Positions 38,701 through 53,200 of a stretch of DNA of 64,000 nucleotides are shown here, piece by piece. The notes under the pieces were generated by a model. It was not told where the DNA came from. It saw nothing but the letters and a program-made list of their open reading frames with translations, and did no database searches. Every line of letters starts with the position of its first letter. Position 1 is the first letter of the stretch. Made by a program: the position numbers and the translations under genes. The DNA is from Lingula anatina (lineage: Eukaryota > Animalia > Brachiopoda): contig CM120649.1 in the NCBI GenBank assembly GCA_051362555.1, positions 5,642,001-5,706,000 on the forward strand, read 5' to 3'.

Positions 38701-39279
38701 TTTGTAGATAATGTTGATTCAAAATTTGTTTTGAATTTTTCTGATTTCTAGTTGACACTTTGCACAGATGATCTGACATATCAGTGCTAGCCATTCTAAA
38801 CGGTAGCAAAAGCGTTTCAATTTCAGAGCAACACAGCCTACTGTACTGGCTTGAAGATTAGAAAATCATAGCATACCAGTACGTTAAATTAATAAGAGAA
38901 AAAGAGTAGAACTTGAGGCTCCTATCACACACTGTCAGGGATTTAAAATGATTTCCATCACCTCAGCTTTATTTAATTAGACCAGACTCTTGCTCCTCAG
39001 AAAATAGTAAAATGTAAGCAGAAAAAGCAGAGAATGATAATTTCTCACCTCAGGTGACATCTTTTCCGTTTAGTCAGTGTGTATAGTTGTAAACAAGGCA
39101 GCTAAAATTGCAATTAAAACATTGGATTGTAATAAAACATCGATGCAAGTGACAGTCTCTAAAGGGAATATACTAACCTGCCAATGGTCGATCAGAATTT
39201 GACAAAAGTCTTTGCTTGGGGCCGGTGCTGTATCACTATAATCTAAAATTATACCATCGTGTCGCAGCAACGACGCCAT
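35771..39279 (-). CDS. FBXO36: F-box only protein 36 (210 aa, 5 exons)
   Basis: Exons 39279-39178, 38452-38344, 36907-36735, 36317-36183, 35884-35771, in frame. Motifs APAPSKDF, VIFRWWKIS, F-box MPPEHIIRILSYLELEDLARVAQVSKQF and GWKKLFFTNKLQLQ. Confidence 0.93.
37736..38215. mobile_element. 480-bp Mutator-like foldback MITE in FBXO36 intron 2
   Basis: About 70-bp TIRs (ggtgtgactgaaatgcgcaa...gaaaaaacaagt). 10-bp TSD ttgtaatttg (37726-37735 and 38216-38225). Central imperfect hairpin at about 37931-38020. Confidence 0.9.
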
Positions 39280-40787
39280 TTTGACGCTACTTTCTATTAT
39301 ATCTCGCGCACGCGAGACTCATATATTTAGCATACTTTTTAACATAAGAAGTTAGTAAATACAACAGATGTATGGTATGGATAGATTGTGTTATTTTTCT
39401 AAACTTTTGAACAAAATTCTACCCTTTTTAAATATATCGATAAAACTAGGTCATGTCTGGTCAAGGACGCGTGCGTTGAGAAAAATGCATAACCAGGATT
39501 CAAGATGGCGAAATAGGTTACTCCCAGACTGCAACTAGATGCTATTTCAGGCCAGAAATATCACTCTTAAAATATTGAATTACAACAGACATTTAGATGG
39601 GGCATCAGTTTGAAATAGATGTAAAAGATATAGATATAGTTTTTTTTGCCCAAAGAATATCAAAAACGGAGCATAATGGAGTGAATTGGAAAACATTTAT
39701 TTAATTTAATTAAGCAAATCCCAAAAGTCACAAGCTCACTAAACGTTTATTGCACAGAGTTGCAGAATTTCATGATAAAATTACAAACAATGGCTCTGTT
39801 GTCCGCTTTATTATGAGATTATGACATAAAATACTATGGCTAACTGCAGATTATGCCTTCCTTCCAAAATGACAAGGAAATTAATGCTTATTTACCAATA
39901 TGACGTGAAAATGCCACCAAATCAATCCTAATTTGCAGTTTGCATTTATAATTTGTAGACAGTAGAAAATGAAAATATGCACACTGCATTAATTGGGGTT
40001 TTTTCCATCCATTTGAAATCTATTGAATTTGTCAATTGATAACCAAATATTACAAGTTTTTTTAATTAAAACTTGACCCTTTGGCTATAGCGTACACAAA
40101 CACTTAATGAATATTCAATTCCCGCTGTCAAATACTAGCAATTTTGAAATAATAGGCCGATTTGTTACCCAAAATGTTTAGCTTTCTATACATATCAATG
40201 CTCCTTTTAACTGAAATAAAATAGCACAATGTACTCTAGTATATTTAAGATTGTCGAAATTATAAAAATTGTAATAAAAATAACAAATTTGATTTTAATG
40301 AACATTACCTGGTAACAAACAGTAAATGCTTTAAGGGTACAATAATGAACACATACCAACAATCGAACAAATAACAAAACAAGGACACCAAATACTTAAT
40401 TCTATTTGGTATTATCATGCAACAAGCCAGTAATGTATAAATTAAAGCACTGCCAATTCTAAACTCAGTCGATGGAAAAAGCTATTTTATTGATGAATCC
40501 TTTCCAAACCATACCAAATTGTATTAAATAATACTCATTTTGTTTATTAATATTATTCTGTATGTTCTTGTCCCATCTGACTAAATAATATATTGTATTT
40601 CTAATATATTTAAATCTCTTGATTAGGATATATGTATTTCAAAACATATCATTTTAAACATATTTCAAATCTTTTAAGTTGTCTGGATACATTTAAAACA
40701 ATGTTATATTTTTTCAATATTGACATTTACTTTGACGATAAACGCTCCCACTACTGTGTTAGCTGTCTCTATGTAGTGTCACCTATT

Positions 40788-40900
40788 GCACCAAGCATTG
40801 TGTTAGTTGTGAATGTGTTGTACCAGTCATTTAATTGTGTTAGGTGAGAAAACATGTTGCACTGGTCATTGTGCTAGTTGTGATTATGCTGCATCAAGCG
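40788..40900. repeat. Degenerate ~31-38-bp minisatellite
   Basis: Three imperfect units of attgtg(t/c)tag(t/g)tg.ga...atg.tg.a. Confidence 0.6.
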
Positions 40901-41253
40901 TTATGCCGAGTAAAAAGGTCAGAAATAATATATACCCATGCAAGTGGCCAGTATTGAATATTTAAATATGCGTCATCAACCTGACACAAATGTTATATAC
41001 ACTGCTTAATTTCAAGGCAGCATAACAATACCTGTACATTTAATTTTATAGCATCAGTATATAGCCCAGAGACCAAAGATAGTTACATTTGTAAAGCTAT
41101 AGCAATCAATTTCTTCTGTCCACAGGATACTGTAATGCAATCATTTAAACAATGGTACAAGTATCATTAACCCAATGATGCAAGATCTTACACCAATTTT
41201 GGACACAGTTTTAAGTCTTATTATATGTCATATTTCAGGTACAACGAAGAACT

Positions 41254-41307
41254 TCTTGTGTACAAGTATAATAATACTTATCTTGTGTACATGTATAATA
41301 ATACTTA
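41254..41307. repeat. 27-bp tandem duplication
   Basis: tcttgtgtaca(a/t)gtataataatactta repeated twice. Confidence 0.9.
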
Positions 41308-41656
41308 ATGTGGTAACATTATAGAATTATTTGTTACAGTTATTGGTCAGTGTGGATATGGTATCAATATTTCAAACTCAAATTTTCCAGCTAAAACTTA
41401 GTTTAATGGATGCAGAATCAAAAGACATTTCCCTTAATAGAAGCTAGGGTGACCATCCTTAAAGCTGATAGATGAATTACTACATTATTAAGTTTGTGTA
41501 CATACAATATAAAATCCCAACTTCTCCTAACTCTGCATTCAATTATAGAAGCACACTTTCAACATCATCATCATCATGGCTTCATGTCAATTTCTGTGAA
41601 GAGACTTTATTTCCCCATATAAAAGTTTCTGTGATGTAAAGTGAAAGTGAAAGTCA

Positions 41657-44600
41657 TTAGTTTCCATTGGAAACACTGTTGTCTTTGTTTGGGAATTTCC
41701 AGGGATACTTCCTGCGGTATTCTGCCTCTTCTTCACGCTTTCTTCTCTCCTCCTGCAGAGAAAAGGAAAGGAAAAATACATTGAGTTTGATGTTCTGTTT
41801 TCACATGTGTACTCATATTAAGATGTGAAGAAAAGTGAGATTTAAAAAGTTTTTAAAATTCCTTATTCATTTGTTTAAACTAAGGTTTTTCCAGTGGATT
41901 TCTACATTCAACCTACACCACTAGACCAGGAAAATTAACTATTAGAATTTTAAAAATATATATATGGGATATTAATTTCTATAAATGTACTTTTGATGAA
42001 CTATACTTTACTTTTGATGAAGAATACTTAACTCAGAGCAAATCAAAACATAAATGCACTCTGTTATCTATGCCAATAACTACGCTAACAGCAATTACAT
42101 ACTCATAAGTATGATATCTTTATGCATTTAAAACAGTCCTTATTGCAGTGCAGTGCAGTGCATTTAGATTAAAGTGCATAATTAAATTATTTTTCAAACT
42201 ATTTAACTGCTAATGACTTCCAAGCAAATCTTTGGGACTGATCACCTCACAAAATACAACAGATTCTGCAGCTTTATATTTCTGATGACTTCAAAGAGGA
42301 GTTGTCAGCCCAGCAAAAGGCCACCTGAGAGCAGGTGCCCAACAGTGCAAAGAGGGATAGATTAAGCTGGGGTAGAGGAGTATAGTCTGAAGCATAATTT
42401 TAAACTAGCTTATGGTCTGGGCCTTATAAAGCCTGCATCAAAAACGATCTCTATTCACAAAATGTTCAAAGATTAAATGTACAACCTTTAAACCTGGGTA
42501 GGTGCGATATAGGGTTAGAAAGGATTTCTGAATCTGGGTCTGAGGCATCAATATATTAATCAAAGGAGTGAAAGAACCAAGTTTTATGGATATTACAGAA
42601 CTTCAGAGGTGGAATACTGCTGGGCTGACAATCATCTGGTAACTTTGTGAGGAAAACAGATTCATAGGGGTTACATGTATCAATGGAGAGAGCTAGACTA
42701 CTTTTACAAACTAAAAAAAAACTTTTGCTAGTTAACCAAAAAGCTCACTTGGGGAGAAAAGAGTAAAAGATCTTTTGAATACTAGAATTATTTCTATTAC
42801 AACAGATGCAAAATTCTGAAATTTATTAGAAATATTTTAAAAGGCGAGAAATAATAAGGGTAAGTGCTCTTCAAATGTAATACAATGTCACAATATTTTC
42901 TGAAATGCAATCCAGTTATATCAGTGAATAAATATGATGTCATAATAGGATTATGAAAGAAAACATAGGCAGAGAATTTTAAGCTAAATCACTCAGATTT
43001 CTCATTACAGAGGTGATGATGAAGTGCAAAATGAGAAAACTTAACTTTGCCACTCCTGTCTCCAGAGAATGCATCTGGAATACTTCCAATCTCATCAAAA
43101 TATTTCTTTTTCATCCTTTTTTATTACTCTTTTTAATTAAAAAAATATTATTTCTTTCATTTTACAATTTTTTCTTTTTGAAACAGGAGTGGTAAAGAAA
43201 AAGTGCAAAACTGATGATGATGAAGAAAGCTATACTGCAATCAATGATACTCATACAATCTACCTTTTAAATGTCTTTCATTTCAAAATGCCGTTTAAAA
43301 AAATCACTCCATTTCCTGTTTAATCATTACAGTCATTAAAATGAAGTATAATTTAAAACACTGGTGTTAACCCCCCACCCCCCTATCCTAAAAATTAGGG
43401 TCCGCAATTCCTGCATGTTGACTAATTTATCAAATATGTCTGGCCTAATTGCTCTGACTACCAGAATTGCCATCCATTTTTATGGCGAGCCCTTTTATTT
43501 TGGACATCAGTGTATACCAACTGTAAAAAGTAAATTTTCCAATCACAATGATCAAAGATTACAGTACAGACGTAACTATGTGCACAAATGCTGAAACAAA
43601 CTCTGACATAATTTTCCTACCGCCAATGCTTGCTGTAACAAATAAAAGACACAAAGCATTAGGATTAAAACCAGACAGTGATTTAAATATCAAATAATAA
43701 AAACAATTGTATAACAAATATTCAGCAAATTGATACAATGAGGATTTAAGAAGACCAAAGAAAGTTTATTTGTCATGCAAGTGTATACTTAATAAGTTTC
43801 TTTGTATCACATATTGGTCAAACACTGCAAACACATTTCTAATAATATTTCTTGTTTTAAAGGCTTTCAAACCAACCTCTTCTACAGCCTTCTTCTCAGT
43901 TTCTTTTTTCAATATAATTGCTTTCTTCCATTCTGGCACACCGGCCCACTTAATCTCTTCTTGGCGGCGACGCTCCTCTTCAATCTGAGGTATAAAAAGG
44001 CACAAATTATGCTCCTGCAAAATGCTCTTAAAAAAGCTCTGTGCATACCAAAAAATATTTGTGTGATCAACCCAAGACTGTTCCCCTCATTTTGAAGATA
44101 TTTTCCCACCCAAAGGAGCATAAGACCAAAATATTATGTACATCTCTTGCACATTCATTTAAGTTCAGCCTACCTGAATTCAAGTTTATAGCTTAAACTT
44201 GGTGAAAATACTCAACAGAAAAAGTAGAGTGTACACTGTATTTATTCTTTGGAAACATGATTTGGGAAAAAGTGGAGGTTTTCCTTTTATTTTGATTAAC
44301 ACGCAAGAATATAATTGTGCAAGAACAATGACAATATTTTATCCAAAATATGAATCAATCCATTTTAATTCCCCCTGTATAATTGCCTTCACATTGATTT
44401 TTCTATTATAACAAAACTATGTTTAGTTGTACAAAACTTATAAGAACAGACACAAATGTGCAGAAAATCCTTGGTGTATCATATAATAAATACAATTGTT
44501 GCAGTGTGGAAATAAAAAGTCTGATACGGTGCTGCAAATACTGAAAATGCTCAACAGAGGGCACTCGATAATGAATCTAAAATCCAGGGATGGGAACTAA

Positions 44601-47600
44601 GGACCATAAAAAGGAGGAAAATCACACCAAGTCCAACGACTTTTTTTGAATATCTTTTACAAGTAAAAACAGAGGAAATTTATTCCTCCAGAAGATGATG
44701 ACATCCCATCCCTGAATTTAATATACTACAGTGCAATATATAACATTTTATTACATCAGTTCATACGTTTATACAAGAAATTATTATATCATAAAGTATC
44801 ATGCAAAAGAAGGCCACAAAATTACTCAATGACATGTCAATATGCTACATTGCAACATGAATCGGACTTCTCTTACTACTGAATCTTCACATACCTCTTT
44901 TCTCTTCTGTAGCCAAAATATTATATTCAAATTTTAGTGTATTCATATAATCCTGGCCACAGACTGCCTGCTTTATATTTCCCCAAGTGTTTTTTTCCAA
45001 ATTAGGTTAATTTCCAGTCCATTTTCCATTGCATGGTTTAAACCTCTGAGCAAACTTTGACTTTTAATAAGCTGAATAAACTTTCACTGATTCATCCTCA
45101 GTAGGAAAATACAAAAGCACTTGTAGAGAAAGAGAATGACAAAAGATTTTACCCGGTCTTCCTCTTCCTTTTCTCGTCTCTTCTTTTCATCTAGCTGACG
45201 TTTCCATGCAGGGGTGCCCTCTACTGGGGCTTCTCCAGCCAACGGCAGTCGATTCATTTTCTCTGAAAAAATAAAAAAAACAATGATCAAACAATATAAC
45301 AATGTATCACATGTATCGAGCTTCCAGATAAAAATAACAGAAATCAAGTTAATATAGCTGACCTAAAAATTCTTCAGCGAAGGTGAATATTCAAAACTGA
45401 TTTTCAATCTGAAATTTAGATGTGAAAGGAAAAATGTTGGGCTGAGTGTAGAAGGAGCAGTCTCAGTTAACAGAATCAATGACTTATTCATTTGATTTGA
45501 AATAATTGACCAATTGCAAATGACCTCACCAAAGGGCAGCAAAAACTGTCATCAGTTTAAAAAAAAATGACGGATCTAGTCCAAAGAATGCATTTAAAAT
45601 TAGTTTGATCCATCAATTTTTTTTAGATTTCTAGTTCTTCTCTCTCTTTCTCTCTTTTTTTTTTTTTTTTCAGTCATGTGAATTTGGCTATCTGGCGAAG
45701 CTATTGAAACCAAGACCAATGGGTCTCTTTCTGTTTCTTTACTTTTTGCTAGAGCCTCACTAAACCATGACAGGGTATAATCGATCATCATATACCCCAT
45801 GGTACACCACCTACAAAGTTAACACATAACCTTCTCTCTCATATTTCACTTATGTCTACAGAGATTAGAAATTCAAGAATAATAAAAAAGGGAAAAAACG
45901 TGTGCATTACATTTCAATTCCAACACATGTTCCACATTAACAAAGTCTATAAAACTGATACATGCTGGCCCAAGACAAGCTGTTCTGTATATTTTAAGGC
46001 AAGCCAGACTTACATGATGTAATACTAGGCCTGATCAGACTAGGACTGACTGAGACCGAAAACCACAGATGTACATGCACAACTTACCATACAGTGTACT
46101 GAAATACAACATTGGGTCTCTTAACATGACAATCAATCCAGGATAATGCCTAAATTATCTATAGGGCTGGCTTCATAAAACAATTAAATTTAGTCAAAAA
46201 AAAATTAGTTGAAACTTTTGGACCAAATTTTTAGTCTTATTCATTTCGGGACTTTTATTGCATATAGCAGACCACTTAAATGAAATAATTATTATTTTGA
46301 AACATTTGCTATGTCCTTCTTGCTATAAAACATGTACAATATTTCATAGAATTGGACTTCTTCTAATATACTTTGCGTCAAAGTATACTATAAATTAGGT
46401 CTAAAATTTAAGACTAATTTCCCGGTCTCAATTAGCATAAGTCTGAGCAGGTCATTAAGCAGACATTTCTTGGTCTGTTGATAAAAATCAAAGAAGACAC
46501 TCCCACAGCATCTGGCTTGGAAGACTGTCTACACAAAAAACATCCAATTATGAAACATACATGGATTACAAATATAGATAAGGTCAACTCAGATACATCA
46601 ATTTCACACACTCGTTCCATCAGAAAAAAAAAAATTTATATAAGATATATTATACAAAATAAAAATCATGCAAAAGATGCACACAGTCATCAAGCACAGG
46701 AGTTTGTGAGGTAAAAAATACAAAATTCTCTAAATGACAACATATAATACCTGATATTGACCAAGTGACACTTTCTTCTTCAGCTCCTATTGTGTGTTGC
46801 CAACATGCAGAAAAAACTTAATTACAGTGCAATAAGTGTACAATTTTCTATTAAATAATTATCTAGTCACTGTTAAAAGGAAGCACCTTTAAATTGTTTC
46901 TGAAAACATATCAGTACTTTATGTTGTGAACACTGCAATTGCCTCTTGAGTTAATATGTAATGAAATCACAGAAACCCCCCAAAAAATTGTTTTACAGCA
47001 TTACTTTAAATGTGCCATGCTCTATTATTATCATATTATTTCAGATTATATTATCATATATTTAATCATCTTTATTAGTATATTACTAGTCACTATTACT
47101 AAGAAAAAAAAACTTATTCTACGGCATTATTTAAATTTGCCATGCTCCATTATTACCCAGGGAGGTTTTTCACAGAAAGCAGCCCTTACATCAAGCACTT
47201 GAATTGCGCCCCTGTCTAACCATTTTTGTCAACTTTACTATGAAATAGGAAGATTAGATGCTGTAAGGTTGATAAAAATCTCTCAGCGCTGCCATTTTCG
47301 TATCATTTCTATGGCACTGTCACAATCTAATTGTGTTTGGATGCAGCACGAAGATTCACAACTAACACATCCATCTGCATGCTCTGTATTATAGCATGAG
47401 TTCATTTAGTTTAGTTTTCATTCCAAAAAGCAGATGAATTACATTCACAGTCCAGTGCCATCTTAGGTGCAAAAAGGTTTGTTACCTAAACTCACAAAAT
47501 TACTTTCTAACATCCTGTAAACACGTGAACATGCTTTTACCAAAAAATATTACTATTGATTTTTCTCTCTCTCAGTTGATCTTTGCTTTGTTTTGCCAAG

Positions 47601-50247
47601 GTTTAAACCATCAAGATTAAGCTTACTGCTTGATTTCCTTGCCGAAATTTTACATCCCTGTTGCAGCTAGGCACCTGCATTTCACTGTTTACACACAAAT
47701 AAACTTTTTTGTCATTTTTTTAATCTACTTCATCTTTTGTTTCTTACAAGTGCAGCACATTTGACAAAAACAAAATGCGATTCCAGATTTCCTATCATAC
47801 CCAGTAAGGCATGGAGGCATTACAGCCACAACCAGACTACTATAATACTGTCACTTCTATTACAAGCAATGTCTTACATGTAAATCTTTTCCCTTTATGA
47901 ATTTTTTTTCACCACATCATTCATATTATACCTGACTTATTTTCTGGTGACATATATAATCTTCTGAAATAAATTTCTTCTATCCAAAATCACCTGACAA
48001 CATTTAATGCATTTGCTATTCTCTACATACACAGAAACCAATTTCTAGATATATCTCAAATTGAAAACCTCAACAAAGCCAAGATAAAAAGTTACAACTA
48101 GCATGAGCAGTACCTTCGGATCTCCCATATGGTATCGTATCTGGGTCTATACAATCTGAGTCCAGTGGGGGAGGTGGAGGAGGCACATTCTCCTGCTGAT
48201 TGTCTCTACCGTACCCCTCATCTTCACTCAAAACCTGCCCCATGGGTGGGGGAGGTGGGGGGAAAGATGGAATTGGTTCCTCATAACTTTCGCCCATCAT
48301 GCCTTTGAATGTGAATGAGTCCGAAATAAAACTTCCAAAGAGGCTTATCTTAGATGCCAGTTAACGCTCTCCAGTACAAGGAGACTATGAATAGATGTTC
48401 AAATAGAACTGAGCACGCCTTATGTCAGTGAGCTCGCACAGTTCTTTTCAGCTCCAAGGCAATCGCAGTAAAAATCCCGTAAGCTATAAAATCTCAGAGT
48501 GGTCAGATAGATATGTGTCCTCCACACACTTTCACCTATGTAATATGAATACTGAAAGAGGCACCCCGCCTGTCTTATAGACTTACCAATTGGAGGACCT
48601 ACGACCTTTCAAGACATATGCTGCTCTCTGGGTGGTACTGCTGTGACATATTGTATATCCTGTGTTCAACATGAGTCCATCATACATATCAAAGGGCCCC
48701 AGTCATACACACTGGGCCACAGTAATGTATATATCTTCAAAGTTATCATGATCATAAATGCAATTGTAGGGCTCTGGTCATGTGCTATAGGCCCTGATGG
48801 TGTATATCAAATATTCAGTGTATGTATGCATCCTTTAGACATTGATTATAATATCCTTTATTTGAAATATATATGTCAACTGGGGCAATATGTCACAAGG
48901 CGCATTTAAAACCTACTTGTGACAGTTAAACTCAGTACCATACACTGTCAGCAATTTCTACCCAGTGACTGCCAACCTAATCTCCCTATTAACCCACCCA
49001 ACATTCATGTTACTGTATTATAGTTCTAAGTCATCGGAACTGGGTTGTAGACAATATACAGGTATACTCCTCCAAATACAAGTTTCTGAAAGCAAATATT
49101 GCACATGCATATGGCTTAATATATACAGAGCTTATGGATGTTGTCTAATGCATAGTGTCCTTCTCTGCCTTTGACTACAGAGCATATTATCTATATCTCG
49201 TAGAAAAAAAGGTAAAGAAACATAAAGTATTATGTATATCTGGTATATCTGTATCAGGAAAGGAAAGAGTATATGGTGAGATGTCCAAACAGCAAACATC
49301 GAAGCTTTTGCCTACCCTGAGTGTGGGAGAGCTTGAAAATCAAAATTATATGCAGTGTCTCTATTCCCAGAGAGAGCATATACTGAGGTAGGCAAGGCCC
49401 AACATGATGCACCTTTCCTGAATCTTTGGGCCGAAGACAAAGCTATCATCATCATTATCATCATTATCATTATCATCACAATCAGGTAGGATTTGATGGA
49501 AAAAGCCAATATTATCAAACTGACAGCATGTTGATGTTTACTTTTTATATCTTTCATGAAAACTCATCCAAAATAAGCAAGGCAATATGAAGGACATGTA
49601 GGTCTAGTTATTGATGAATCTAGATGGACTGTTATGTGCAAAGCAACTTACAGAGGCTCTACCGCTATTTCAAAAGGGGGCATAAATATCTCATTCCCTC
49701 TTATTTTTACTTAATCTAATTTTATTTATTTATTTATTTATTTTATTTTATTTTTTTGCTGCATTAAGCCAGACTGAGAGAATTCCTTTGAGCTGCCAAC
49801 CCATTTAATGTCATATAATGTAAAAAAAAAAAGAAAAAAAAAAAACAACTTGTACTATTGCATTCCTTGACATTTTCACACGGGCAGATTTTTAAAGTTG
49901 CAAAGATATAATACCAGTTCTGTAGCAGGGTGTGACTTTGTTGAAGTGAGGCAGATGTCAATATGGAAACAGAAATTACTCTGAAGTCAGCCAATGAAGC
50001 AACAGCTGCTGAACTAATACACTGAACTAGTTCATCACAGTACTGCCACTTCCTACTCCTGGACCACATTTGAATATTTTCATTCATTTATTTATCTGTA
50101 AAATGTGTGCTATCCAGTTCCCAACCGATCATATGGCTAAAGGCAGCTGTTATATGTAAATGAATACATATCTAAAACCCAACTAACCATACAATTGAAA
50201 GCAATGCTTATGTATAAATTTATATACATATAGTTAATGCACACACA

Positions 50248-50299
<52 letters not shown>

Positions 50300-53200
50300 C
50301 AGACCTTGGCCCTGTGCATTCAGTGTATACTACCAGTAGTGTTATAAGGTATAATTTCTACAGTGCATCTATTTTGGTAACAGAAACAACCTTAAAAAAC
50401 AATCCCTAACACTCTTTCCACTGGAATATGTATCCTCCCCCCCCCCCCCCCCCCCCCAAGAGAAAAATTATAACAATAAAAAACACAAAAATAATAATCG
50501 GAATAACAAACAGAAAACTACAGTATCTTTAATGTTTTACGGATAAATATCATCAGCAATACTAGAATATTGATTTTAGTAACATACAGTATATTGTGAC
50601 AACCCTAGACATGCAACATTAGTATCAAACCATCATATGCAACAAATATGCTGACTTCACACCTGGTCCTTGGGATAATTCATTCTTGTATTCCTCTCTG
50701 TACTACATGATTTACTTCCCCCCTGCGCCACAATCAGATGAGTGTTAAACACACACAACATGTGTTATCTACATCTTATTATGACATTTGGTGGACACTT
50801 CTTTTGAGGTCTGTTTGTTACAGATTTCCAATTGTTTTTTTTATATATATATATACTGAATTACATCATTTTATATGTCTTTAAATTTTCACACGTCCAG
50901 TAACTTAGCAATTTACATGTAACAGGCATGGCACTGTTGAACTATAATAAAATACATATCTACGTGTAGTACATGACTGTATTTATAAAATCAAGTCAAA
51001 TAAACATTGGTTATATAATATCCACAAGTACATGTATGTGCCCCTGACAACCTATTTGACTGTACAACTGCATCACATGCATAACATACATAATACTTAT
51101 ATAAAAGAAACATGCAAATTAATCTATTCCTATATGAATATTTGTTGTCCATTACAAGTTAATAAAATGGTAGTATGGTTCACATTGTAAGCAGTATAAA
51201 TCCAATTTGAAAATGGATCATACAACTATTTCAATTATATTTATTCTTCTAAATTCCTATTCAGTTTAATCAATATTCAGTTTAATAAAATCAGTTTTCC
51301 TCTTAGCCAAACCTTTGTTTTTCAGAAATATCAAATTATTAAATCTGCAGTGGAGGTTATGACAATTCGACTCCAGTGACTTAGCCAATTTAAGATGCAA
51401 CGAAGACTGCCATTATACCATAAGATTCTGACTATGGCAATTACTTGTAAAATTCAAACAAAATATGTGAGTTTCACTCACACACTCATAAAAAAATTAA
51501 TTAATGAATTGATCAAGTAATTTATTTACAGATTATACCTGATCAAGTCTTAGATTTAATCATACATAAGTAAGAATGTATGTTTTTGTGAGCATTAAAC
51601 ATATTTTCCAAAAAAATAAAATGTCATACAAATAACCAAGGCATTTGAAATTTCAGTTTGATTACCATACAATACAATAACAGACAGCCACATGTTGCTG
51701 CATGCTAGGTTATTGATTAATGTAATATTGCTGACAGTAACACCATCGTCTCAACATCATTCTTAACGACACACCCTTGCTCAAACACAGCAATGATGTC
51801 CAGAATCATGTTCGACTTGTACACATACAAGGACAGAGTGGACGAAAATGATAATATTGACACATAGAGGGGATTATTCAAAATCACTTGGACAGGAATT
51901 ATTTATAGTTTGTACAGCATTTCTGCTGCCTTTGCTATATTTAGTATTGACCTTGCCATTAGTATACAGCCCTTAAGATGTAAGGCGTAAAAATAAAAAC
52001 AAACAAATATTGAGATATATATGAATAAAATAAATGTATATAGTAAAAATATCACGACTAACTCAGACAAAGAAACAATAATAGGAATACACTAGGATAT
52101 AATTTTACAAACAAACTGATGCAGTACAATATCTATTTTGTTATCAGATGCTGATAATTACAATACCTTGGACTGTCTCAACCACATCCTCCATTTTGAT
52201 AGCTTTCTTTTATAGAAATGATAAAAACCAAAAATTATAAACAAGAAATGATAATTGCAGGTTTTGCTCTATTTTGCTCAAACAAATGAAATAATACTAT
52301 TATGTCTGTATGGTCTGTTTATGATGTGACAGATCAAATGCTCAGATTTAATTAAGTGAAACAGAGAAGCAACTGTTGCATTGTTCATACTTTCAGTCTG
52401 CTAAGAATCTGTCAACATTTGTTTTCAGCTTGACAAGATTTCTTAGCTAGTTGTCACTGTTACAGTATTATTTTTCAAATTTCACAACTTTAATTTGTCA
52501 CAAATTTAGTATCACATGAACTGAATAAGGGCCTTCTTTCTACCTGTTGCTTCTGAAGATGATTGAGTGAATTACCTGAACCTTTCTGACAACAAGAACA
52601 GAACCTTTCTGTATTAATTTCTCAGACTGTGTATTAGACATTGTTTTGAATTACCAGGGTATTATCAGTTTTCACTTTAAATTATGATTTACCTCTTTTT
52701 TCCAAAGTATTCATATTGCATCTATAACATACCAAAATATTTATCTATTACTGACGAACAATCGTTAAAGCTAATTTTGATTACTATAAACCCCCAAATA
52801 CCTTCAAGCTCAGAACCTGTAGTATCTGTCAGAAATCTTGTTCCGTAAACAAACAGTAAAGTTAATGAGCAATGTAAGTGATCTTCACTGTTGATCCTCC
52901 TGCCAGACTATTACGCAGGTAGTGGCTGTGTGGAAAGGAAAGATGACACTCAAGAGTTGTCATCAGTATTCTGAGGGGGGAACAGGGGCACCTTGTTACA
53001 CTCCAGGGTGACAAAATTCTGCATATTAATACAAGGCTGGTTTAAGTCAAAATTACATTGCTCTAGCAGCCTAAATTTTTTGTCCATTACAATATATCTG
53101 ATGTTCCTAAACACAATATTGAAACTGGCATTAAAGATGCATAGAAATATACAAATTTTGTCAGTTTGGAATCCTACCAGTCTTTTTGCATTTTCTATGA

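Noticed and set aside
44585-44714. hAT-like MITE (cagggatggga / tcccatccctg)
   Set aside because: An 11-bp TIR is present, but there is no matching TSD and no second copy in the window.
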